DNA of 64,000 bases, from positions 32,651,455 to 32,715,454 of the forward strand of contig CP154954.1 of assembly GCA_039621445.1 (NCBI GenBank), read 5' to 3'. A model generated the notes under the pieces. The model was not told the origin of the DNA. It saw only the letters and a list, made by a program, of their open reading frames with translations, and made no database searches. Positions 14,305 to 26,300 of the stretch are shown here, in pieces. How positions within the stretch are numbered: position 1 is the stretch's first letter; every line of letters begins with the position of its first letter. This DNA is from Euglena gracilis (lineage: Eukaryota). The translations under genes and the position numbers were made by a program.

Positions 14305-17300
14305 CAAAACACACACACACACACACACAGCACACAGCACACACAGCACACACAGCACACACAGCACACACAGCACACACAGCACGCAGACACACAACAC
14401 ACACCCACACCCCCACACACCGGGCCTGGCACTCCTCCAGCTCCTGCCGCTCCTGGGCCTGCAGGGCGGCCAGGAGCGCCTCCCCCTCCGCCACCGCCGC
14501 CGCCTGCGGCCCCGCCGTCACCCCCGCCAGGCTGCGCCGCTGCAGCTGCAGCTCCAGCTGGACGGCGGCGATGGCCGCCGCCAGGCCCGGCCCACCCTGG
14601 AAGGAGGGAGCGTCCAGGACGGGCGCCACGGTCACGGTCGAGGCCGGGGTATGTTGCGGACAATTTCTGCCGGCGAATTGGCAGCCTCCAACCGGGGCCG
14701 TTGGGTTTGCGGAGGTTTTAGACATGACACATAACCCCCAGCCTACCACTCTGCCATCCCGTGTGCCACTCTGACGTTACGAAGCAGCGCAAAGCGCACA
14801 CCCGCACGGGGTTCACCACCTGCCGCGCCAGGCCGGCGGTGCGCAGCGTCGCGAGGGTCTCCTCGATGTCCGCGGCGGCGGGGGACACGGCGGCGAGGAC
14901 GGTCGTGGCGGTGCCGCCGCCCAGGGAGGGGAGCAGCAGCTGCGTCACGAGGGAGTCCCGGAACGGGCCATGCCCTGCGGGGAGACAAGGGGGCCCGGCG
15001 ACGCTTGGGCGGCGAGGAGGGTGGCGGAAGGCCCAGGCCGGGAGGCGTGATGGGGAAGAGGACAGCCGGAGGCGAACACCCCAACAAAGCAGGGCAGTCC
15101 TGAAGCAAGGAAAGAAAACTTCCCGTCCCAGCACATTCAATGGAATAATCCACAGGAATAATTGGTCCAAAAAAGGCGGTATTTCGGCAAAAACAGGTCG
15201 AGTTTGGGGGGAAATTTATGTCTGGCATCCTTGGGCCATCCCCCATCTGCCCAAAACGTCAAAAATGCAGTTTTCACTTTTTACACATAATTTGGACCCC
15301 CGTTCATCATTTTGGACCCCGGATCGGCCGTTAGCCTACCCTTGGGCGGTCCTCAAAGGACGGTCCTTAACAAGGAAAAATGAAACCCTGTCCCTTGAGG
15401 ACCACCCTACAAAAATGACAGGCCCTTGAAACCTGGGGGGAGCCCAGAGTGATGAAACGGTGGCAAAAAAAGTTTTGGCAGAGCAGCAAAATTTCAAAAC
15501 GCCAGAATCAAAGTGAATACCCCCCCACCAAAAAAGGCAATCCATTCAGCATTAATTTGACATTTCGATACGAATGAGTCTTCAAAGTTTCGAAATTTGC
15601 ACCCAAAGCATTCCATGTGGAGGCACCACACCCTGACCACCAACGAGCCCGGCAATGACCCGTCCAAACACCGCCATCGACTTGTTCAGGAATGGGGCCT
15701 CCGTGGACCCAGACCCCTCCGTTCGACCTCTGACCTGCGGCGCATTCCAGCAATCCAGCACAGCACAGGGGCAACCAGGGAGGGCAACAGGGTAACGGGG
15801 CAGGTCAGGGTGCTCTGCATGTGCACCCTCGCAGAAATCCTCGAATTTCTACCCCTATTTAGGTTGGACGCACATATCCAGATCCAAACCCGAGGTGCCA
15901 AAGCATCGACCGTTTGACATTCCCCATTAAGCGTTGCGTTGGAAGGGTGGTGATTCTCAAACCCCTGCCATGTCTGAAAGCCAACTGCAAAACAGCAGGG
16001 GGAGGAATGAGACCCGCTCGCTGCCCGCCAGTTCCACAAGGTTCACGCGGCTGGTGTGGGTTCGCCGGATGTCTTTCCCACAGACAGAGCCCAAGAGCTC
16101 CTCCTGAGGTTGGCAGAAGGCATTCCTGAGATTTGTTAGTCACAGGTTTGCAGACTGAAATACAGAGAGCAAACTGTGGCATTGTTTCAAGCATCTCCGA
16201 CATTCCTTCTGTTCTCATCAACTGTTTCGGTCCTCCTGTTTAAACTGTTCAGAGGGCAGATCACATTGGTCTCCTGCATCCAAGGTTGTGATGCACACTT
16301 GCAGGTTCAACGTTTCCCCCAGCTCAAATGTGCACAGACATCCCTCCCACCACAGAGCACCGCATCCCACAGCACACTCTCTGCACATTCAGTTGCACGA
16401 TGAAGGTGGACCGAGCGGCCATCTCGGTCGCGGTGCGCTGCGCCTGTCCCCGCTCCAGGAAATGCAGCGCCTGCCGCCACGTCCTAAGCAGGCGACCCCA
16501 TGAAACGCGGAGCCGCTCTGAGCAATGTCCAAATAAAAGCGCACTCCCGGCCACCGAAGGCGGCGGTGCACTACACTGCACTGCACTACAAGGACAGCCC
16601 CGTTTTTATGGCGGTTCTGAAGGAAATCAACAAAAATCAACCAGGCGGGGTCCAACTAGAAGAATGGGCCTCTATTTTGGAGGGCTCAACAAGGAACAAG
16701 GAACACCCCCCCAACACCCAAGGCCACGAGAGGGGTCGGCGGGGGTGAGGACCTGACCACCCTCGGGGTCAGACCCTTCAACACCGGCCCGTGCTTCGGG
16801 TCGTTCACGAGGCGAAACGTCTTGACCTCGCTGGTGGGGGTCCGGCCCAGGCCTTTGCCAGCCTGGTCAGCCGGGCAGTCCAGCAGGTCCCGGGCCCTGG
16901 GGAGGAAGGCTTGTGGCTTGGAAGAAAGGGTCCACACATACCGCGATGGAAAATGCTTTTTGGTTCCTTTGTCTGTGCGAAAGCGAAATAAATGCAACAA
17001 GAACCTCAAAAAAAAAACACATAAAAACAACAGCAGCAGCAGCAGCAGCAGCAACAACAACCCGTAAAGCATAAACTTTGATATGATGAGTTCTGCACTT
17101 TTTGGAGTTTCCTATTTCCAGTTCTTGATTCCAAAAATCGTCAATTTATTTTGAAATGCGGAAATGTAGAAAAACTGACAAAATCAGGTGGAAAAGTGGG
17201 ATAAAACGTAATAAAATTACCTAAATGGAAGCCTACTCTTGCATACCTCGAACCCTTGATGGTTAGGAGCTCGCCCTTCCCTTCACGTATACCTCTCGTT

Positions 17301-19112
17301 GCAGATCTCCAAGTAGGCCATCGACACGGAGAAGGTCCCCCGCCTTCCCTCCACCGCAGAGGCAGCGGAGGGGGTGGTGGGGCAGGAGGAGGAGGCCCCG
17401 TCAGGCAGAGCCACCCGACGGCTTTGGGACGGCCCCGGCACGGCACAGGGGGCGGTGGGGGGGGGGGGGGACGAGCCGTTGGGTGGCCGAGATCGAGGCG
17501 AAGAGGTCCTTCAGCAGGCGGGGGACCAGGCCGGGGGCGTCGGGCGTGCCCATCATCGTGTACGTCTTCCCGGCGCCGCTGGGGCCTGGCAGGGGGAGGG
17601 GGGGTGGAACAGGGCAGGGAAGCGACGCAGACGCCATGGGTTGTTTGCTTCGACTCCGAGTCGCCGAGGAGGCTGCTTGCGCGGAGCCACAAACGAAGGG
17701 TAAGCCTGATCACCCCTGGGGGGGGGGGGCTGATCATAGGACTTGCTGGTAGCCCCCCCCCCATGTCCAACAACCGGTAACCTCTGTCCTCAAAAAAAAA
17801 AACAGCACAACAAAACCGGAGGGTACCCGGGAACTCCCCCTTCAAAACAGTCAAAATTTCGCTTCCAGCACTTTGCGCCTTGGTAACCTTAACTCAATTT
17901 TTGGTCCAAAAAAGTGTCCAAAGTGACATTTTTGGCCGATTTTGGGCAGCAAATTTTTTTCGGCCCAGTGATTTGTGGCGGGCTAAAATTTTTGGCCAAA
18001 CCTCCAAAAACGCGTCCTCCGACCGGGGGGGGGGGGTGGTCATGGGACATAGGGGGTCGTTGGATGTGGGGGGGGGGGATTCACCAAGCAAGGAAAGTTC
18101 CGGAATCCGGAACAAACTTTTTGATTGGTTGGAAGCTCCAGACCGTGGAGGGGCAAACGGCAGGGACTTCACCGGTGGGTATTGCACACCGTAGGCCAGC
18201 ACGCTGGCGCTGAAGCCGTCCAGGGCCAGGGCCAACGCCCGGGCCCCCACCTCGCGATACACGTCCGCCTGGTCGCCGCCCGGGCCCAGCACGCCGTCGA
18301 CCAGGAACCGCCGGGGCGGGGCTGGGCGGGCCGGGGGGCCGGCGCAGAGCACGACGTCGGAGAGGAAGGCCACGGGGGACGGGGAGGACGGGGGGCACGC
18401 CGCTGTCGGGCGGTGGGGGGGGGGGGTTAGCCCGGCGGGCCGGCGCAGTATGAAGTCGCGCGCCGCAATTCCGCCGGCGATCCATCGCGACGGTTTGAAC
18501 CCGACCGGAGCGACGTGTTCAACGCCTGGCTGATTCCAGGGCAGGACGCTCCAGCGGCAGGGCGACCCTATGAAGACGCAACCTGCCCTGGGGGGGGGGG
18601 GGTGTGCAATTGGTGGGGTTTGGTCGAGAGTTTGCCTTGGCCTGTTGTGCTGCCTGTGAATGCTGCACTGCAAGTCTGTAAAAAGAAAGGAGGACGAAAC
18701 CTGGTCTTTTCTCAGGTTCAGGCAACTTGGCACCTGCTCCGTGGCACTTTGGCCATTTGTCCCATGGGGGGGGGGAGGAAGGGGTAAAACCCCCAAACAC
18801 ACACACACACACACCGTCTTTGTGTTTGGGCAGGATTTCCAGACCCTCAGGGGGCTTTATATTTTGGGGGCTGAGGGTGCAAGGCAAACCACGCAACGCT
18901 TTCTTTTAAACCTGCCCCCCCCCACTTATAGCCCCCATCCCATAACACCCCCCAAAGTATAACCCCCCAACAAACCATTGCAGCAGCGTGGCCGAAGCGG
19001 TGTCTGCGTCCGGGGTGGCGGTGGGTCGGATGCGGACGACCACCCGGATGTGGTCTCGGAAGCCTCGGGCCCCGCAGGCAGGGGGGGCCCCTTGCCGGAC
19101 AGCAGCCTCCAT
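14139..19112 (-). CDS. Kinesin family protein: motor domain and neck/coil exons (spliced, GT-AG introns)
   Basis: Hand-spliced exons ~19112-18976, 18567-18524, 18402-18190, 17585-17293, 16896-16753, 16483-~16376, ~16125-16014, 15734-15632, 14974-14800, 14666-14421, 14184-14139. They give the ordered kinesin motifs IRVVVRIRP, FLVDGVLG..Q.DVY, AYG|PSGAGKTYTM (P-loop), SMAYLEICNER|ARDLL, NLVELAGSER, LNKSM..FGRVI, PFRDSLVTQLL, EETLATLR. Intron phases match at GT/AG sites. One 1-nt frameshift lies at a G14 run (17457-17470). Confidence 0.93.
14268..14420. repeat. (CA)n / (CACACAGCA)n microsatellite in a kinesin intron; others at 4766-4840, 25170-25205 (GAA)n, 29376-29418 (8-mer cggtaact) and 61641-61680 (GT)n
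   Basis: Direct reading of the sequence. Confidence 0.9.
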
Positions 19113-20334
19113 GCGGGGTGTGGCCTGGGGCGGGAGGGACGAAGGTCCAGGTTGCAGTTCCGGCCTGACATTGGAGAAGGGCGGCTGTCCGATGGCCGGA
19201 TCTAACACGAAGGAAACGAGGGCTTCTGTTTTCCCGTATCCATGTTTTGGCGAAATAAGCACCACCACCCCCTGCCCCCGTCCTCCCCGTCTTTCCATGC
19301 TCAGACAAGGGGAGGGGGAGGTAAATCTCACTCATCAACAGTTGTCATCCTCCACATTGTTGTCTTCTTGGACATGCTTAACGGCACTAAAACGACTTAA
19401 GACGACGCTGAGATGTGCCATTCTCTCTGAAGGACCAGGGGCTAACAGCTCAGCTCACGGTCCACCGCTTCAATTACAGCTTAGCTCACGGTCCACCCTT
19501 TTCCAAACCATCGTCCTTCAATCCTGAACTGTTCATGGAAAGAGGATTGCGTTCCAACTCATTTACAAGGGAAAAAAGAACTTCTTTCACTTCACCCTCA
19601 CCCTGGTAGCAACCTCATCTCCCGGTCCATCGTTGCCGCGTTTCCAATTGCTCGACGTTGCCCATGAGTTTCACAAAAATGCACCTTTTCCCACAATGGT
19701 CGGCACAAATGCTTGAGCAATGGCGAAGAGCGATGGAAGTCTGAATGGGACAAATCAGTGGAATTCAAAAGAAACCCGTTTCAAAGCGGAAAAGTGTGGG
19801 TGAGATACATACCGAGGCAGCAGTTCAGCAGTTGATGGTGCAGCAGGAAAGGGAATCCAAGCACAAACAATTTCAGCATCTTGCAACAATCCAACCCCCC
19901 CCACAATGGCATTCTTATTTTTCTTATTCCGAAACAAGTCAAATACCAAATCATTTCTAGGAGACAGCCTTCATTGCCCAAAATCAACACTGCCACCAGC
20001 ATTGGTTGGTGGGACCTCTTCAGATTCAATGAAAAAAACAGTATAACAGGACCTCACCCCCTGTACCCATTGGTGAGGTCCATGCTTCGGAGATGTGGAA
20101 AGCCCAAATCCTCGGGAGGTAGGCAGCGAGCTCCTCTTCTACCAACAACACCAGCAAAGCGGCGTTGAGCGGAGCAGGGAGACCACGGCAGCAATGACAG
20201 GAGACACCGGGGAGGCAGCAAGACAGGGAATGATGGAAAGCATCCGGGGCATCCGCGACAGTGTGGGTTGGCAGGCGACTGGACGGTCAAAGCCGCCAGT
20301 GTGGCCGCCAGTGTGGGCAGTGTGGGCGCTGGGG

Positions 20335-23300
20335 TCAAGTGCCGCAGGCGTAGGCCTTCGGCACAGTGATCACGTCTCCGTCCAGCACGATGCCGAGCCG
20401 GAACGGGGGGTTTGCATCAGGAAGACAGTGGCGGCGTCTAATGAGGGGCCCTGGGGGGGGGGGGGGGGGCGATGGGTTTCTGTCGCTGGAATCACACCGC
20501 CAGCTGATCACGGACCTGCCACCCTCCAAATTGTGGATTTTTCATGTCTTTTTTGTTCCCCCCCCTCAAAGATAATACATCTCTGGGTTGAGCAAAAATC
20601 CAAAAATAAGCCCCCCCCCCCAAATTTAAGACCCCCCTGACTGACTGCACCTCCGGGGACGGTGAAACACTTCCCTGCAGTATTCCCCAAAAATATCCTA
20701 ATTTAAGGCCCAATGATGAAGTTTCTGATTTTTTGACATTTCTATAATGAAAAAACATATAAGGAATTTCAATTTGGCAGCATCACTCTGAACCCCCCGT
20801 GGGGGCGTTAAGAGTGATCAGAGGGGGGGAGGGGGTCGTATGGAGCGACCCGGGTACCCGGGTTCTAGGAAAGTCTGGGTTAATGGTTGGGACAGGGTTA
20901 GGGTTCTGATCCTGGAGGTTGTACATTTATTGAAAATTAGGCAGAAGTTAGGTTCCATTCCAGATGAATTTGAGGCCGAATTTACGGCGAATTTGGGCAT
21001 TTTTTTGTACCCCCCCCTCTGTCCAACGACCACTAATGCACTAATGTTCGTCTCCGACCGGGGGGGGGGGGTCGCTAAAACAGCCAATATTCGTCTCCAA
21101 CCAGGGGGGGGGGGTCGTTGGACAAGGGGGTGGGCCCAGGTTGGCGAAAATTGGCCACAGATTGGCATATATAGGTACATGGCAATGCTGGCTTTTTTGA
21201 ACTTTTTTGGGCCTTTTTTTGGCCACTTCGTTCATTTTGGGTTATTTTGGGGCACTTTTTTTTCAATTTTTGGCCATTATTGGTCTTTTTTTACCGTTTT
21301 TGGCCATTCTTGGGCAATTTCTTGTAACTTTCAACCATTTCGCATCCATTTTAGTTATTTTGGGTAATTTGTTGCCTTTCTTGGAGCTATTGACCTTTTT
21401 TTTTACACCATTTTTGGGCATTTTCAGCCATTTTATGGTGGCCATCCCAAGAAAGTACAAAAAAAGCTTCTCTAAAATAAGCAACTGCAACAAAAAAAAG
21501 CAAAATTGAATTACACAAATCCCTCAGCAATTATTGAACCAACACACAAAAAGATCGCATCTGACTGGGGGGTGGTCGTTGGACAAGCCCGGTTGTTGGA
21601 CAAGGGGGGCGGGAGGAACGTTAAAAGTGTTCTTGAAAATCTTTCTGAATCGGGACTAACTTCCGGCCGAACTTGGTCCCAAAAATTAGCCAATTTCCAC
21701 CAGGCCGATCCCAACCCCAACCCTGTTCTTAAAATTAAGGGCCCACCCTCCCCGAATTGCCCAAAGGTGCCGCGGAAACCGCGTGTTTCTGCGGCACCAC
21801 GGGACCGAAAATGCGAAAGGTCGGACCCGGGTCCTCCAAACAACCCCCCCTTGATCACTCTTAACAGCCCTCCGGGGGGGGGGGGGCGGTAGAGTGATGC
21901 TGCCTTCAATTTATACCAATTTAAGTGGCGCAAAGTATGGAAGGAAACGTTTTGGTTTATTTTGGTTTATTTGGGAAATCAAAAAAATGTTTTTGGGGGG
22001 CCCAGGTCGGTCAAGAAAAAAATCAAAACAGACGCCTCCCCCCAAAAAGACCCCCTGGAGATTACCACTAATGGACCCCAAATAAGACCTTGGTCTTTGG
22101 GGGGAGGGGCTATTTTGCAGTTTCCGCATAAATCGCACCCTGCCTCATGTGAAAGCCAACTGACCGTTTTCTCCTGCAGGGTTCCAAGGATTCATGCGGT
22201 GCAACTCTCTCTGTGGCCCCATGCAAAAGTTTGGCCCTGTCCATTTAATGGATGACAGCACCAAACAGCCCAGAAAACAAGTCTCTCCCGCCACAGAGAT
22301 TTTGACCCGCCCGCCTGACACTGGCCGCGGAGGGCGGTGAGGGCTGCGCGGCCGGACCCCCCCACCGGGTTGCTGGCGAGGTTCAGGGACAGGCTGGCCA
22401 GCTGCGGGGCACGCCGCAGGGCCACCAGGCTGGGGGACCGCGGCCGCCGGGGCCCCTCCCAACCCCGTTCCCAACCCCGTTCCGGCCCGTCCTGGTCCGG
22501 CTCTTTTACGACCTCGGGGGGAGGGGGAAGGGAGGGGGTTTCCCGACCCACCCAGCCTGGGGTGGGACCCTCCCCTCCCAAAGCCGGGCCATCTGAAATC
22601 TCCCCCAAAAGTTGCCAGGCACCAGTTCCTGAGGTTCCCTCCACCTCTTCTGGCGTTGGGAATGGTGGGCAGCACAGACGGAGGGGTGACAACAACCCAG
22701 AAGCGGCAAGTGTCCGGTGGGAAGGTTGCATGTGTGTGTCGAAAGCACCCCTTCTCACAGGCTTGGAGGAACCCTTTTCCAGCGTCATTTCCATAGCGTA
22801 ACCCCCCCCCCAGTAGAAGCACGGGTGCGCTTATAGCGGACCACCGCCTCCGGTGGTGGGGGGGGGGTGCGCTACGTGCACGATTTTTGTTGATTTCCAT
22901 TAGAAATCCCATCAAAATGGGGGGTGCGCTTGTTGCAGACCGCCGCCTTCAGCGGCGGGGGGTGCGCTTTGTTTGGACCCTGCACTTGTAGCGGCCCCGC
23001 ATTGGGGGGGTTATGTGGTTGGACAGACCCCAATGTCCAAAATCAATGATGAGTCTCAGCGGCCGCCGTGCCGGCCGCCCCCTCATCCCCCACCCCACAG
23101 CCTAGCAGGTCCAGGTGCAGCACCCGCAGCCCCGGCGCCCGCCACAGGTCGCTGAGGGCCACCGCCCCGGCGGTGCCCACCGGGTTGCCTGCCAGGTCAC
23201 TCGCATGGCGCTGCCACTTGGGGGGGGGGGGGCGTTGGTGCGGCAGAGCGACCCAATTGCCGCTTTTTAGTAGGGTTTTTGTCGGGTTTCTGGGCAGCTT

Positions 23301-26300
23301 CACAGACGGGGCTTTGCCTGAACAGGGTAGGCTTCTCCAAACCCGGTGGAGGGGGGGGCTGCCAGTCCAGTCAGGCAGGGCAATTCCGGTGTTGAAAATC
23401 AACCTTTTTCAAGTACACTTTTAAAAAGACACTCAAAATGACACGCAGTCGTCGATCAGACCAAAGGCAGCAACAGAGACCCCCCATCATCCCCAGCACG
23501 CCGCTCTGGACGCTTGCCAAGGGGCGGGCGAGAGCACAGGGGAGTGCTGCGCTCTGCATGGCAGCCCCCTGGCGGAGGTGCAGCACCTCCAGGCGGGGGC
23601 ACGAGTGGAACAGGGCCAGCGCCCCAGCCCCGGCTGCCTGGACGCAGTTCCAGGACAGGTCAAGGACCAGCGACCGCAGGGCGGGGGCCTCGCGGAGGGT
23701 GGCCAGCGCCCACGCGCAGGGCTGGTCAGGAATGTCGGCCGACCCCCGCCGGAATGTCGCCGACCCCCGCCAGAACGTCGCAGACCCCCGCCAGAATGTC
23801 GGTCCCCCCGTGAATGTTGCCGACCCCCGCCGGAATGTCGTCGACCCCCGCCCTGCCCAGATGGCACTGGGCAAATCAAAGTTCCTTTGGCACCAAAGAA
23901 GCCAACACAGGATGCTTGCTATGAAATGGGGAAAGGGGGGGTGGTTGTCCCCCACGCCTAACCCACCACCCATACACCCACAGGGTGTCCGGGAGTCCCG
24001 CTCAGCCCTGCCCGCGCGCCGTCGTCTGACAGCCGGTTGTTGCTGAGGCGCAGGGAGAACGTCTCCAGGAATGGCAGCGGCCAGTGTGTGGGGGGGGGGG
24101 ACAACCGGAGAAACGAAGCCTGAGTTGAAAAATCAATGACATGGGGCTTTGCAAGGCCCACTGGCGACCGACAAATACCGCGGATGGATAATTACCGCGC
24201 ATGTTGTGCTGTTCGGCGGTGTTTAACTCCAGCAGCCAGTTACAACATTGAAAACCTTTGGGACCTCAGTTATGCTGGAAAACGGGGGGTTGAAATCTGT
24301 ATCATTTGTGCATCTGATGATCAGAAAAGCATTCTGATAGTTTCACTCACATGCCAGACGCCATTCTGATTCCGAAAAGATCCGGCTTTTGTCTATTTTC
24401 GGTCAGTCGTCTTAAAATGGGCACACTGTTATTCTGCGCTTTCTGGGCAGGGAGTGCATTGTTAACCCCCGCAGTAAATGTCACCGCGGCAATTGCTACC
24501 CAGCAATTACCCACCAGCAGTAAACCCCCCCCAAATATAAACCCCCCTTGGACCTTGAAATCCCGCCCAAATATAAAAGCCCCCCTCCGGCGCAAAGCGC
24601 CGGAAAAAAAATCGACAAAATCTCTCCTGAAATTGTGATTTTTGGCAGAACAATTTTTACCAAAAACATGTGAAAATTGTTCCTTCGCCCGAAAAGTGAA
24701 GTGTTTGGCCCCAAGGGTGGGCGTATTCGTGATTTTGGACCGAAAAAGTGACTACCGGTACTGGATCCCGCCAAGAAGTTGATTATTCCGACCGAATATA
24801 AACTCCCCCCCAAATATAAAACCCCCCTGCGGGGGTCTTGAAATTTCCGCCCGAATATAAAACCGGGGGGTTTTTCATTTGCGGGGGGGTTTAATTGTCA
24901 GTTGCCAGCATGCGAAGCCCACGGTTCGGTTGCCTTGCCTGCATTTTTGCGAGGACGAGGAAGGAAGAAGGTAAGGTAGGAAAGGGCAATATCGAGGGAT
25001 AAGAAAAAGGGAACATTTTTATTTCAAATACTTTGACAAAAATGCAAGGGTTTATTTTGGTCCTTCTTGATTCTGTCTTGTGATGCACGTTGTTTTTATT
25101 TTCGAACCATTTTGCTGCGTTTTGAGATAAAATCTCTCTGGATGAAGACAACGGAAAAAGAAAAAGGAGGAAGAAGAAGAAGAAGAAGAAGAAGAAGAAG
25201 AAGAAAAGAGAACGTTTGGTGCTTTGGTTGGGTTGCTCTGCTTTTTGGTGTGCTGCTTAGAGAGCCACTCACACAAAGGTGAAACGTTTTCAAAAGGCTA
25301 TTTTTCAAAGAAAAACTGCCAGGTTGTTATCAGAGGGAAGACGGGTCGACAGAGACCTGTCATTTGCCTCGCGGAAGGGGGTGTGAGCGCCGGCCGCGCC
25401 GGCAGGTGCCGCAGCTGGGCCACGGCGGTGGCGCCGAAGTCGCTGACGTCGTTGTCGCCGAGGTCCAGGGCCAGCTGCCGCAGCAGCGAGGCAGCGCGCA
25501 GCAGCGCCAGCCCCGGCGGCAGCCCCCGACTGCCTGCCCCCAACCCCGACCCTGACCCCTCCTCACAGCAGGGGGAGGGGAGGGAACACAAAATGGACTC
25601 GCAGAAAAGCGACGCGAAACACAAAAAATAGAAATTAACAGAAAAAAATGGATTTAATGTAATTTCAGAGGACTGGGTGGAAGAACGAATTCGAAAGGCA
25701 TTATGTTGGCAATTTCACTGTTTGCAATTTTTGCACGGTGGACAAAAAGGGGAAATCTGGCCCAAAAACGCAAAACTAAGCCTAAGTCGAAATCACTTCC
25801 CAGCCGAACTTGAAAAACCACCAAAAGAAACCGCACAAAAAATTACAAAAAAAACACGCAAAAACACACTCAAAAAGCAAAACACACAAATTTCACCGAA
25901 ACCGAATCACATAACACCCGCAAAAACTGTGTTTGCATTTTCCCCAACACCCCCTCTGCCCGCCCACTGACCAGCGGAACAGTGCCCAGTCAGGGCCCAC
26001 ACACTGTGCCGCCATTGCCGAGGCGGTTGGTCCAGAGGTCAAGCGTCCCTTCGCAGGTGTCACTCTACGCCCATTGCCACAAAAAAGGCGTCCCAGCCTG
26101 CCAGCAAACCCGCTGTCTTGCCAACAAATGCCTGACTGTTGCATCCAATAGCCCCTCCCCTTCCACACTCGAAAGCCATTTGCCAGAGACCCACTCAGGG
26201 AAGAAGGTCTTAAAGGTAGGCCCACTTTTCATAAACGCCCTTTAAGCCTTATTAAATTCAAAGCCTCTGGAAAGGGAACCACCATTCCTTAACGAAAGCT

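Noticed and set aside
13874-14734. Long plus-strand ORFs overlapping kinesin and LRR exons (also 23438-24046, 31112-31819, 33419-34177)
   Set aside because: Antisense shadows of GC-rich exons and microsatellites with no domain signal.
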